A stretch of DNA of 61,740 nucleotides, the filler included, from Sphacelaria rigidula (taxonomy: Eukaryota), in assembly GCA_964200075.2 (NCBI GenBank). It is 4 parts of 4 records of this genome, joined end to end, with 100 filler letters (N's around TTAATTAATTAA, not from the genome) between each part and the next. Parts side by side here need not be neighbours in the genome. Positions count along the whole stretch, not along the records: positions 1 to 15,362 come from CAXNAA020001780.1; 3 more parts are not named here. One strand, written 5' to 3'. Both the position numbers and the translations under genes were made by a program. The notes under the pieces were generated by a model. It was given only the letters and a program-made list of their open reading frames with translations, did no database searches and had not been told where the DNA came from. Of the stretch, positions 1-12,143 are shown piece after piece (the stretch's first letter is position 1; each line of letters starts with the position of its first letter).

Positions 1-354
1 CCCCCCCCCCAAGGGCCCCGCCCCCAAAGGGACGCGGGGTCAACCTGAAAACACCTAAGGCAAGCCAAAAATTCGGTCCCCCCCCCCCCCCCCCCGACAA
101 TGGTTGCTCCCCAGGTGAAATACTGGAAAATTCTCCTTAAAAGCCTGATTCAAAACAGAACAGATTCGAAATTCATACGGAGTCGGGGATTACAAGGAAA
201 AGGGCGACTATATTTAACTGTTATATAAACTCGGTTTCTGTGCGGAGCACGGAGGCAGTACAGTTGACCGGATTCGGGCAACAATACACCTACATTGCTT
301 GATTTGAGAGTGAACCACGAGAATCGGATCTTCTGCGGGGCTCTTGACAGTCCC

Positions 355-500
355 GTGTGCTCCTAGCGTGCGCAGGAGGTGTTTTCGTCAAAATCGGCAC
401 CACCGGCGCCGATTTCAGATCTACCAACGCCACCTTGCCCGCGTGCTCTCGGTATGCCTTGGGTTGGGGTTAGGGTTAGGGTTAGAGTTCGTTGTGAAGT
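355..500 (+). mobile_element. Partial copy of the TTAGGG-bearing repeat family
   Basis: Shares ctagcgtgcgcag..aaatcggc..cggtatgcctt..ggggttagggttagggtt with 8780-8940. Confidence 0.65.
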
Positions 501-910
501 GTGTCAACCACGGAAAGAACGTAGGCCACCTCCGATCGACCCACCTCCACCGAGGAGGGTGGGGTGCTCCTGTAGGGTGAGTGCCGGAATTGAGAGATAG
601 ACAACCTCCGCGGTATATCTTCGGCACCCAAAAACCCAGCAGGTGCGGGTATCGAAACTTCCTCGTCACAAGACGCAAGCAGCGAGTTTTAACACACGTG
701 GTGACACGCTAAAACTGTACACAAGGGAGATGGACATCTCGGGGTGACGTGGCACACAGAGCTGGCTAGCTATCATGGCTAGCTGACCACGTCACCAACG
801 AAAAACCAAAAAAAGGCTGTGAGAAAACAAAAACAAAAAAAAACGAACGAAGAAATCATCTGTCCTGAAACAATTGACCAAAATATAAAGCAGCAGCAGC
901 GACCGCGTAC

Positions 911-1021
911 CTCTTCCGCTTTTCGCTTCGCATCGAGGTGCTCCTGGGCAAGCTTTTGCGCCTGTGCTTGCTCCCACTTCACGCGCTTCTGCTGCTCTAT
1001 CTCCAGTTGCTGTTGATGGCG
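911..1021 (-). CDS. Internal exon (37 aa, coiled coil) of the scaffold-1 TPR/coiled-coil gene
   Basis: Minus-strand acceptor tgtttgtag| and donor GAG|gtacgc; 111 bp, phase 0/0; RHQQQLEIEQQKRVKWEQAQAQKLAQEHLDAKRKAEE; continues exon 3974-4270 in frame. Confidence 0.8.
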
Positions 1022-2790
1022 CTACAAACACAATGACACACGCACGCACGCACACAAAAGCGGTTTGGCCAAATAAGGTGGGGGACACAAAAGAGGCGTA
1101 TATGTACTATACAGGCCCCCTTCACAGCGAAGGTAAAATGAGGTTTGATTCCCAGTGCGCCCACTAATCGGCAGTCCTCTGAGAAGTAATTTTTTTCGGG
1201 TGAAGGGGCGGTCGTTGTTTTGGCGTGCTTTAGGCAAAAGTGGAACAGCTGTGCACAAGTAGACAGGTTAAGAGCAAAACAAAATCATGTATTTGCGGGA
1301 GAACAGTACTTCTCATTATTAGGGGTATTACAAAAGTAGTATACAGGATTTGAGGGACGCCAACAGGAAAAATTCTCGAAATGGGCCTTAATTTCCTGTG
1401 TGTGTGCATCTTTTTTTTCTACTTCTTCTTTGTCGCTGGCCGCTGACCGCGGGAACCTTGTGCTTCATCCGAGCTATCGTTTGTTGAAATCGACCCATGA
1501 ACCTCGAGATGCGTCAGTTCATGTACCCACTCGTACTAATAAAACATACCGGTACTTACAATTAAAAGTGAGCGGGGTGTGCTCCTCATCAATATCAACA
1601 CTCCAACGACTCGATAGATACCATGAATAGCACACACGCGAACTGTTTCTTCCGTGTCTGGTCCATTGGTTGGTCATGTCAGAAATCCGCGGTGAACAGA
1701 CGAAGAAATGGGGCCGGTTTCCTCATAGGAGTCAACACAAAACGCGCTAGGTTCACACCATGTGCGAGTCGCGGCGATCTGACGACGAATTTGCGAGAGG
1801 AGGGGAGGGCGGGGAGGCAACGAGAGGCGGTGGAAATGTGTTGCAGTTCGGCGCTAAGATATCCACGGTTGATTTTGATTGATTCAAGTGTGAACAGCAA
1901 TATTCGGATATCAAGATTTTTTTTTATTCTTTCTGTCAGTACTTTCCTTACTTATTTCTCCACCGTTTTGTTATTTTTCACTTTCCTTGAGCGGATATTT
2001 CCATTTTGTTTCATCGCACCTCAGACGAAACCAAACGACAACCCTTGCTGAAGGAAAGTGGGAAAACACACACACTGAAGAGTGGAACAGACACAAAGGA
2101 GTGGACTGAAAAAAAAAAAAAAATGGAGGTCCGAATATATTGGTGTTTACGTTCGAATCAAACTACATCAATCGTGAATATTTCAACGACAAACTGCAAC
2201 AAACTTCCGATGCCTCTCGTCGGAAGCGATCAAGGTAGGCAACACTCGGGTCAATGCCCTGCAAAATGTTGTTCCGAATATCGACCAGCCCAGGCCCTAA
2301 CTCGTACGAGTTCGGGAATCGAACTGTCAAATTCGAGGTGGAGAATCGCTAGGGTATACAATAATGAAGTCATTGTGTGTCCTCATCAAGATTCTTCTTC
2401 GTGAATTCGGGATGCTTTAGTGAAAACGGGATCTCGCCATTTTCCCCCAACTTATGAAAACGAGAAAAAAGTCAATTACCCAATATTACTCGTTTTCATC
2501 ATGTCCCATAATAGCGATTCTCCAATACCATATTTTCAAGTCCAACGCTCAAAATTGAGGTGGGAATGGGCCTGCAATCTACAAATCCGCTAGTAGGCTC
2601 GCCCAGCTCGTAGGGACACTCCAACATTTTAGTGTTCATTCACGTTTTTTCCCACACATGACACAAAGCATTTTCCCGTATCTTATCCCCTTACTGATTT
2701 GCCGTCTGTGACCCTCGTTCATCTCCTACTATAGCAATCGCTTTCTTGCTACCATCTGGCACGAAGCGATTTCATGTCGCATTCGTTTGG

Positions 2791-2792
<2 letters not shown>

Positions 2793-2850
<58 letters not shown>
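2793..2850 (+). repeat. (CA)n microsatellite
   Basis: About 29 uninterrupted CA units. Confidence 0.95.
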
Positions 2851-2853
<3 letters not shown>

Positions 2854-3221
2854 TTAACACGCTCAACACGTTTCATTTCTACTTTCGAAACACTAGGGGG
2901 GTGGAGTGGGGGGGGGGGGGGGGGGGGTGCGGGCACAGTGAAGTTTGTGCAAGGAAATAGTACGCGAGTCATAATCCAGGGTGTATGTGCACTTCTGTAG
3001 AAATACCACTGCGGACGTTGTGCACTGAACTCTTGATCTCTATGCGCACTTGTGTTATACAGAATATGGGTATCAGCGTCCACCTCGAGATCTGCAGTCA
3101 AGCATGTAATCGTCACATGGCAACACACTTCACAGATGTACAGGAATGAAGTCATCGGGCAACATCAATACCGCGTAGCAGTGTACAGACGCTGTAGCTG
3201 CATCATCCGTCCCTCCCCCCC

Positions 3222-3800
3222 AGCCTGGCCCGGCGAGAACCCGGCGTGCTCCGTCCCGGCTTTGTAGGGACGGACCCTCGATTGGGTTGGCGGCGGTTGG
3301 CGATGACGCTGTGGAATACGCTGCTCACTGCGTAAGCTAGGCTACTAGGTTACCGATCTCTTTTGCGTACTTGCGCTTTTTTTATGGTAACCATGATGGT
3401 AGTCAAGCTAGATCATGTTGTGCGGCGTGGGAGAACCTCAACTACGCACAATGGAGATGATCGTACCACGTAGAGTTTGAATGGTGAGACACCCATAAGG
3501 CAGTGTGTAAGCCGTGGCTATCTCGGGAAGTGGCGATACCAGAAAATGAAGCAAATCATTGGAGGCTGTCACCCAAATGCGAGATAATTAGTAGTAGGCT
3601 TCGGACCGAACGATCTTGGCAGGATGCAGCTCACCCGTCATGCGACTCGTTAAACACACCACGGCGCTTCGCGCTTGGTAATTAATCGAGTGCGAGCTTG
3701 GTCCGGCGAAAACCCGGCGTGCTCCGTCCCGGCTTTGCAGGGATGCGAGGTCAATGGTGTTCTGACTATGGCATACGTGATCATGAGTACCCCCCCCCGC
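3222..3800 (+). mobile_element. Dispersed non-coding repeat with an internal ~48-bp direct repeat and poly-C end (copy 1)
   Basis: Colinear with 13095-13580; cctggcccggcgagaacccggcgtgctccgtcccggctttgtaggga at ~3222-3270 recurs at ~3695-3743. Confidence 0.75.
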
Positions 3801-3973
3801 GCCCCGTTCCTCCTTACTCAATCTCGGAAGGGATGCGTGGGCAATGGTCATTCGACTAAGGCAAGCAACAAATTAATACACCCCCCCCCGTCCCTCCACA
3901 GCTCCAACCGAAACACACAAACCAAGGGGGGCATTTTTTTTCCTTGTACAATCTCGACTACAACACGTTATAC

Positions 3974-4270
3974 CTCTCGCTCAGCCTGTCGCTCAGCTTC
4001 TTGATCTGACTTGAAGCTGGCCAGGCACTCCAAGCTGGGCGGCGGCGGGGTCACCTGTCCCCGCGGAGAAGCATGGGCCGCCACAATAGGCGACGGTCTC
4101 CTTGCCTCTGCCCCCGCCCCTGTCACCTCTGTTGCTACGGGAACATCCCGAATCGAAGCCGAAGCTGAGGAAGAAGATGAGGGGGGGGCTGGCGGGGGAA
4201 ACAGCGAGCCCCCGGCTGCCGTGAGCGCTTGCATGGATTCCACTGTGACGGGATGATCGTCGCCAAGCGT
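3974..4270 (-). CDS. Internal exon (99 aa): end of a kinesin-light-chain-type TPR repeat, Pro/Ser linker and start of a coiled coil
   Basis: Acceptor gataaaccag|, donor GAG|gtataa; 297 bp, phase 0/0; begins TLGDDHPVTVESMQAL (LGxDHPxT signature of KLC-type TPRs) and ends SDQEAERQAERE. Confidence 0.78.
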
Positions 4271-4394
4271 CTGGTTTATCGAGAGGAAGCGGGGGGAAAA
4301 TGCGATAACTCCGTGAAAATAAAATAAATGCGTCGGCCTTCCTTGTGTTGTTGTGGGTACGTGTATGCAGGAGATCCTGATAAAATTCCGGCAA

Positions 4395-4670
4395 AAAAAA
4401 TAAAAAAAATCCTGAAATTGGGTCCACGCGGGCACTTTTTGTGTGACAACGCCGCGCCCCTTCAATCCAAGTGATACAGGAGACTCCAGTTATGGAGGTC
4501 ACGAGTTCGAATCCCAACGAACTCTTTTTTTTCTTGTTCCCTCGGTAAAGTAATACATTATACAGTACATTTTTTTCATTAAGCGGCGGTGCCGTGCGTT
4601 ACCAGGTTGGTCTGCAGTTCACACCAGTATGCTCCCGTCGGGCTGATTAGGTAAACTTGATAATTTATAG
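4395..4670 (+). mobile_element. Dispersed repeat related to 28060-28650
   Basis: Shared blocks gcactttttgtgtgac, gaggtcacgagttcgaatc and gcggcggtgccgtgcgttaccaggtt.gtctgcagt. Confidence 0.6.
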
Positions 4671-7600
4671 TTGTGACATGTAAATGCAGGATTCACTGCT
4701 GGCCCAGCATGTACATCACTCGAGTCCGGGGCGGCATCAACCCTGTCAGGGCACGTCATTCGTTGAATCGGCATCGCTTTGTCGCTTGCTCAAATGAGCT
4801 GGGGTACCTCAATCACCCACCCTGGTCTGTCCAAGGGTCACACGACTTCAAGTTGAGGCGCGCTATTCACTCTGCTTCGTTGTAGTACCCATTCAGACTA
4901 ACCACTTGGTTTCAGTATACCCCGCTCCCCGTACGCCCCCCCTCTCGTGTGTCAGTCTTAAATGACGAATTAGCATGATTAACCCTCCGTATCCCGTGCA
5001 CCTAGAAACACGAGTTTTCAAGGCCACAGATGGACCCACCCTCGCGACAAACGACTTGGACCCACGTGAGGGTACTGTGCATCCACGCTTGTATTTGGCA
5101 GGGGCCCTCGGCGGGTGACCGTCAAACCCCAACGACGAGATAAGGGGGGACATGACATGAGCAAAAAATGGATTCTCGAATGCCTGCTTTCACAACCGTG
5201 AACATCAACAAGGAGCTCCCCGCAAACAGCCCTATTTCCAACAAAGTCAGCTCAGCAGACACCTTCGGGTGTTTCAATCTAGATGACACACTGACTAGGT
5301 CTCGTTGCCCCAGCGAGAGCTTGACATTCCCCGCGATCTGTTTGTGCATGTGCGCTATGCGTCGGGGTGCATTTGGGAGTTACTCGGTTCTGTCAGTCAC
5401 CACATCACTCGTGTCGGTGCAAAATCAGGCAAGCGAGCACTCGTATCTTTGTCTCCCAAGAATACATACGGGCGTGCGCGCTGGACGCAAGCATGTTGTT
5501 TATATCGCCATATCAACACAAGATATGAGATATTTGCTTGTTGCGCTCTCCTAATTTGCGCAGCAAAGCAGCAAAGCCGACACACCACGAAAAACCACGA
5601 AAAACCAGCACAGCACAAACATCCCCCCCCCCCCTCCCCCCCATAACAAGTCAACAGGGAAAACAACTATGGTCTCCGGTCACATCAGCGCGCGCCCTGC
5701 AGGGAGGCTGCCGCTGCCAGAGAGAAGCTATTTCGAATGTAGTACATCAATACTGTGCCCTTTTCCGCGCCGTGCCTCCATTTCTTATGCCTTTACACCG
5801 AGCGTAGTTTTTTATTTCAACGAGGGACGTCAAACACTTTATTTGATCACACACAAGCTGCATCATAGTTTACTTCACGATGTTGGCTGTACCACCTCTA
5901 ATATTGTCAGTGCAAAACTATCTTGCAGACGTTCATGTTTCACTTCTCAAAAGGGCCGCACCGAAGTCGACACACTCAACCGGAATTTCGTTTACAGTCA
6001 GCCCCGCTGTGAGGTGGGTTGGTTCATACATCGACATACATCGCATATACATCTGCGGCGGCAGCAGAATCAACAAGCAGCCTCAAGTCGCGACACTCGG
6101 CGGCCCACAAAACAAACGTCAGCGGCTGGGATTCGAAGCGCCGCCACACAGCAGCGCTACATTATTTTCTCCGCCTGACTTCCAGTAAATTTCTCTCCGA
6201 TTCGGCTCAATGGTTGAAATACTTGCTTAGAATTACACCTCATTCTCAGATTTACGAAGGGCTCCGTCTCAAAAGGGCCCTGGCTCAGCGTACTCTACGC
6301 TCAAACTGGCGCCCTTCTTGAGCTCTGCAAACGTAACTTCGCCTACAAGGGGTGCTCGCTATAGACATTCCCCCCAACTGAGGTTTTCCGGTTTGTCTGC
6401 CTTGAGTTGGGTTTATGTCAGCAAGTGAAGCGTTCATGCTTTCAAAAAGCGGAGCATATTCGTTCCATCATGGGCTCGGGGGCGTGTTAGGTAGGGAACC
6501 CCCCCCCTCCTTCCCCCGTCCATCAAGTGCACCAGAGCCTCATAATCCGAATATCCAGGCGTACAATTGTGGAGAAAACGCCGACGCCGGCACCCGAGGA
6601 AAGACTTACTGCTTTGTCAAATGTTTGTGTATATCTACATATATTTATGCATATGCTCGGAGACACGACTTCGAGCAAACCTGTCACGCATGATCACCGT
6701 ACAAGTTAAAGTTGTGCGCCCACTGGTTTCAGTCGCCACAGACAGTAGCAGTACAACAACATGCTCGCTCCCGCAAGCAAATCACGTCTGATTTCTCCTT
6801 TTCCCTGTGATCAAACTATTCGCTACTGACAACAATTTATACCCGTGGATAAGACGTCGCTTTATATTTGTTTCCAACAGCCCAGACCAAGTTTAGAGTA
6901 GAGAAAAAAACGGCAGTTCTCCCCGGCTCCTCCCTCCACGCGACTGTGATCCCGATGGTGAAGAGGTATTCCGAAGCTGCACGAAATCTTTCCTCACCAA
7001 CAGCGGAAAGGGACTAGCCGTGGGCTGGGGGATAGCCTAATGAGCGACTCCGGCGGTACTATGAGATATCCTGACTGTATCCCTCACGGGAACCTATACA
7101 CATGATCGTACGAGCCCGAGTACGCCAAGACTTTGCAGGCGTTCATGTCCATGGGATCGGGAACACTGGAACATGTTTCCTCCCGAGGAGTGACTAAAAA
7201 AAAAAGCATTTTCGCATGATTGAGGAGGGCTGATTACTAGATTTCCGGAAACAGTGGTTGGCAGTACAAGTGAGGTTTACCCAACCCTAATGACAACCCT
7301 AACCCCGACGATGACATGAGAGAACCCTCGGGCACAGGGGGTTGAAAGAGTTACCTGGGCGAAGTGTGAATTGGCAGACCTCAAATCGGCGCTCATTGTG
7401 AATAAGAAACACCTTCTGGACGAGCTAGGAGCGCTGGGATGTCGGTCCCTCTAAAAAGGTCCGAATACCAGCGTTCGCACTACTATCAAGTGACAGAGGC
7501 TGTGTCCCTATATTTGGTAATCTCTATGCGGGTTCAGAGACGAACCAAGGGAAAAAGAAAAGCTCCGTTATTCTCCTAACCCTTAGACCGCGAGGGTAGT

Positions 7601-7868
7601 CTATCTGGATCATGTCGATTCCACCCATGACCTACTCTCGCTGTCCAAGGGTTAACCATTTGACGGTCAGGTTTTTGGTGAGTCATCTGCTTCATCCAGC
7701 AATCTTTGTAACTGATACTGGTGTCACATATTTGATTCAACAAATGGCTGAGCCCCCCTCGTGGCGGCCCCAACAGAATCAATACCCCGTCAAATGAAGC
7801 AACTGCTGCAGCATAGTCGCACCCAACTCCCCATACAGTGTAAGTTGAGAAACGTTGAGGTGGGTTAA

Positions 7869-8206
7869 CCACTCGGTAGTTGACAGATAGTTCTCGAAAA
7901 ATTATGGTTTGTGCAGGTGTTGATGCGTTTCGAACATCACTAACCCTAACCCTAATCCCGACCCCAATGAAGACACACCGAGAACCCTCAGGCAACGGGG
8001 GTGTAACGTGTTCCCTAGGCGAAGTGTGCGGTGCCAGACCTCAAATCGGCGCCGATTTAGACAAAAACGCGTTCTGCGCACGCTAGAAGCACGCCGAGAG
8101 CATAGCCCCCTCCCAAGATCCGGATTTCGGTTTTCACACTAAAATCCAATACGCACCTGTCCACAAACCGGAAATTTCCGACAACTATCTGTCAACTACC
8201 CAGTGG
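7869..8206. mobile_element. piggyBac-like MITE (338 bp) carrying CCCTAA/TTAGGG repeats
   Basis: ~35-bp TIRs ccactcggtagttgacagatagtt / aactatctgtcaactacccagtgg, flanked by TTAA (7865-7868) and TAAA (8207-8210); internal ctaaccctaaccctaa near 7940. Confidence 0.7.
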
Positions 8207-8672
8207 TAAACTCTACTGGAAACGTTATAGCCACCCTCCGCCACAAAAATCAGCCCCAAGATGCAGTAGACCTCAAGCTTTGACCGTATACCTATGGTTG
8301 ACAACATGACAACTTGATTTTAGAATTGACAAAGATCTGAGGAAGTTTACGGTTCGGGGCAGGTGGGCAGTGGACCCAGCCCATCCAGTACGTGTTTTTG
8401 TCGAAATAGGCGCCTGCGGCGTCGATTTGAGGTCTGCCAACGCACACTTCGCCTGGCGGAACCTATGCACCCCCCTTGCCGGAGGATCTCGTACGCCTTG
8501 GGTCGGGGTTGAGTTTCAGGGTTGGGGCTTCATTGTTGGGTTGTTCGAAAAAATCAACACGCTGTCAAGGGTTCAATTCTTTGACCACCAGGGGTGGTTC
8601 ATTTGCGAGCGGCATCATCTTCACCTGAAAAGGGAATGAAAGTGATGACGATTCACAAATGAACTGCCGCGA

Positions 8673-8706
<34 letters not shown>

Positions 8707-8717
8707 AGTACAGTCTG

Positions 8718-8996
8718 CCACTTGGTAGGTATTGTATTTTAGTATGGTGTAAATCTTTGATGGGGGTGCTGTGCTTCTAGAGTGCTCTTAGCGTGCGCAG
8801 AACGCGTTTTTGTCTAAATCGGCGCCCCAGGCAACGCACACTTTGCCTGGGAAACACTTTCCACCCGCCTTGGCCAAGGTTTATCGGTATGCCTTCGTTG
8901 GGGTTGGGGTTGGGGTTAGGGTTAGGGTTTTAGTTCGTAGAGTTAGTGTCATTCGAAATAATAATTTTCGATAAACTTCCGATACCTATTTAGTGG
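8718..8996. mobile_element. Opposite-orientation copy of the TTAGGG-bearing MITE (further partial copies ~7275-7445 and ~8385-8530)
   Basis: Ends ccacttggtag.. / ..ctatttagtgg; interior is the reverse complement of 7935-8110 and includes ggggttagggttagggtt. Confidence 0.6.
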
Positions 8997-9135
8997 TGAA
9001 CTAACCTCACACAAGAGGACGGTCAACGCAGGATTTTTTATTTATTTATTTTCATTTGTTTTAGCTCTCCACCTTCCTTCTGCCGGTACTTGCCTTCATT
9101 TTTTTATCGCGAGACGCAGTGAACAACTTACTTAC

Positions 9136-9850
9136 TTAACCTTTGACCGTACGGAGTACATCATCTCATTATGCATCAACTTTTCAAGTGAAATTCACGC
9201 TGATTCACCGGGTTGGGATCCAACTTCGCCTGAAGAAAAAACTATGCTCGCACAGGGCTTGACCCCTTGACCACCACCGTGGTCCCTACGGATCATGCGC
9301 ACTTTTTTCAAGCGACGTTGATGCCGATTCAATCATTACCTACTCTCACCGTCAAAGGATCAACCCCTGGACCCCGATGCGGGTAGTCCATCTGGATCAC
9401 AATACTTTTTTCAAGTGAAATTGATTCCTCTTCAGCAGGTGACCTACCGTAGCGGTCATGAAGTTGATCCTTAGGCCACGAGGGTAGTTCATCTGGATCA
9501 TGTAAGCTTTCTTGAAGTGAAATTGATGTCGCTTCAACAGATTACCTATCTTCGTCATCTAACGGTTGACCCGTTGACTCTTCGACCGCGAGGGTACGTT
9601 ACCTGCGGTATTGGCATCAATATTCACTTGAAAGAAGTATGAGTGATCAGATGGACTGCCCGTACCGCGGTTCAAGGGTTGACCCCTAGACCGCGAGATT
9701 AGTCTTTCTGGATCATGCATACTTTTCTTTCCTTCACTTGAAATTGATGCCGATTCAACAGAAGACTAACCTCGCGGTCTAAGGGTTGAGCCTGAGACCA
9801 CGAGGGTAGTCCATCTGGATCATGTACGTATACCTTCCTCAAGTAAATTT
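9136..9850. repeat. Array of about seven ~100-bp piggyBac-type MITE units, one inverted
   Basis: Unit ccctt(a/t)gaccgcgagggtagtccatctggatcatg..ttcaagtgaaattgatgccgattcaacagatgacctaccctcgcggtcaaaggg repeated with TTGA/TCAA/TTAA junctions; the unit at ~9577-9678 is reversed. Confidence 0.8.
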
Positions 9851-10559
9851 GCGTGCGTGTCAAAAACAATCGAAAACGTGTCGGTGCTGACGTTTTGTAA
9901 GCGTGTGCTGTGCGCGCGTCTTCCACAAATCATAATTTCTCCATGAATTTTGAACAGATTTGAGCAAGGTCACGCACAACGTGCACAGCTTATGATCAGC
10001 TACGACTCGAGCTGTGTGTTGTTGGTTTGCGAGGCCACCGAGTTCCGTAGGTTCAGCTCTGATTATGTTGGGTTGTGTGGTGAGCCTTTGCATGTGACCC
10101 TGTCAACGGGGCATGTATGTTCCCCTTCAAGGTGCACAGAAATTCCCTTTGGAGAAGGGGATTTCTGTGCACGTTGAGGGGATTTTTCGAGAGGGTGATA
10201 TCGCGGCGATCAATCAGCGTTCATTTTTCAAAAATGTGATCTTGTAAAAGGGGATAATTCCCTTCTACAAGATGGACCCTGACCCAGGGTCAGGAGTCTA
10301 ACTTTTGGCCGCCAGGGACTAATGCCGAGATAGCCCCCCCCACAAAAAGTGAACGGGAGACCGTCCGACAACCGGCTGCGATCCCACTATTGGGCTCGTT
10401 TGCAGCAATGCCGCCCACATGAAAGGCTTACAGCAGTCCGAAATCAGCTATAACGCCCCAAAAAGTCGCGTCGTGGAACACGAAACCAGCTCTAACGGCA
10501 TTTATGATCATCGCCTCCGTGCACATTTTTGGCCGGTTTGGGTGGGGGGCCATCTCAGC

Positions 10560-10915
10560 AGCAGTCCAGGGTAGGACATCTGGGTCATGCTCTGATGATT
10601 CGAGTGAAATCGATGCTGATTTTAACACAAGACCCATGCGCACGGTCAACGGGTTGTTGAACCAGCATCCATTTCGCTTGAAAAAAGTATACATGATCCA
10701 GATGGACTACCTTTGGGATGTGAGGGTTAGTTGCCCCTCGACCGCGAGGGTGGGCCGTCTGTCGAATCGTTATGCATCATTTATATGAGCAAAATAAAAA
10801 AAATAAAAAAGGCCGAAGAATGATACCTTTTCGACAGATTGTCCACGGTATCCTGGTGGCGAGAAGGGTTTCTGGCTGACCCTTTGACCCCCAGGGTGGG
10901 TCATCTGGGTGTTGG
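10560..10915. repeat. Degenerate cluster of the same 100-bp MITE in mixed orientation
   Basis: catctgggtcatg..gtgaaatcgatgctgat forward; atttcgcttgaaaaaagtatacatgatccagatggactacc reverse. Confidence 0.65.
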
Positions 10916-10927
10916 AGTCATTATTTG

Positions 10928-11393
10928 CAAGGTTGTGTCCTGTAGGGTACGGTTTTCTGTGTACCCGGGGTATTTTGCCGGGTATTTACCGTACCCGACA
11001 TTTCTGTAAACTCTGTAAGATTTCCATACCGGTACCCGACAGTTCTGTAACCTCTGAAAAACCTTCATACCCGTACCCGATAGTTCTGTGAATTATGTAA
11101 GCCTCCCGTACCGGTACCGGGGGGCTCGGGTATGCTCTTGATAAGATACCCGGTTGCCGGTACGGCTTTCCGTGCAACCTCCATACCCTAACCGAGAGTT
11201 TCTATGAGTTCTGTGAGTCTCCCATACCCTCACCCGAGGGTCGGGTATGCCCCAAAAGAGTTATCCGATTGCCGGTACCGGTTTTCTGTATGTCTCCCAT
11301 ACCGTACCCGATAAGTCCTCTAATTTCTGTAAGTTCTGTAAGGAATCTCATACCCTACGGAACGTACCCCGTACCTTACAGAGCACAACCTTG
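10928..11393. mobile_element. hAT-type MITE (466 bp) with subterminal cataccc/gtaccc repeats
   Basis: TIRs caaggttgtgtcctgtagggtacgg / ccgtaccttacagagcacaaccttg; 8-bp TSD attatttg / actatttg (1 mismatch). Confidence 0.85.
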
Positions 11394-11679
11394 ACTATTT
11401 GAATAAAAATCATGCCGATTCAATACTCACTCACTTTGATGGTAAAAGGATTGGCCCTTTGACCGCCATTTTAGTAGTCGGATGCGTCAGCATCATCTTC
11501 AACGGGAAAAATGATGAACGACGTCGGTGACTAATCCAGGTACTCAAAGGGTTATAACACGCCATGCGTCAGATGAGCACACTGAGCGCTCGTTGGCCGT
11601 TTTTGGAGGTCCCCGAGCACTCGAGTCATTGCTCGTTGTGGAAAAATCAATAAGGCAAGCACTCGTAGCAAACGACTTG

Positions 11680-12143
11680 TTTGTGTTTTGTCATCCCATC
11701 TATTCTGGAGGCCAGTCTATACCTTTCGGTATATGTGGGCGCACCAGCCGGAGTTACGCAGGAGGAGGGCCAACACAGTTTTTTATTTGCTCGTTTGTTT
11801 TAGTTGTCAACTTTCTCTCTGTGGTGCTTGCCTTTAATTTCTTATCGCGGGAGGGGTTCAGCAGGCCTTTTCCCTCGTCCACCATTAACCCTTAGATCGC
11901 GATGCGGGGGGTCCATCTCGATTACGCACATTCGTTTCAAGTGAAATTGATGCTGATTCACCAGGTGATCTACCCTCGCGATCAAAGGGTTAAGTCGAAT
12001 TCTGTATATTTATCCACGACACAGTCGGTCTCCACTGTTGGGCATTGTGTGAGAACAAATCCCAGATCGCTCCGAGACTCGAACCCACGACCCAACCGTC
12101 AAAAGGTTTCGGGCTTACCAACTGAGCCACCGGGGCGGCCGGC
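11680..12143 (-). mobile_element. tRNA-derived SINE family 1, full length, interrupted by a MITE
   Basis: Reverse-complement head gccggccgccccggtggctcagttgg (box A)..gggttcgagtc (box B); TSD aacgacttg at 11671-11679 and 12145-12153; colinear with 25991-26350. Confidence 0.85.
11889..11989. mobile_element. Single 101-bp piggyBac-type MITE with perfect TTAA TSD
   Basis: TTAA|CCCTTAGATCGCGA...TCGCGATCAAAGGG|TTAA; absent from the matching site in the SINE copies at ~21340 and ~26140. Confidence 0.88.

Noticed and set aside
461-486. Telomere end
   Set aside because: Only 2-3 TTAGGG units, embedded in a dispersed repeat.
9136-9850. Palindromic regularly spaced repeats resembling a CRISPR array
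   Set aside because: The whole 100-bp unit repeats with no unique spacers, no cas genes are present, and a solo copy has a TTAA TSD.
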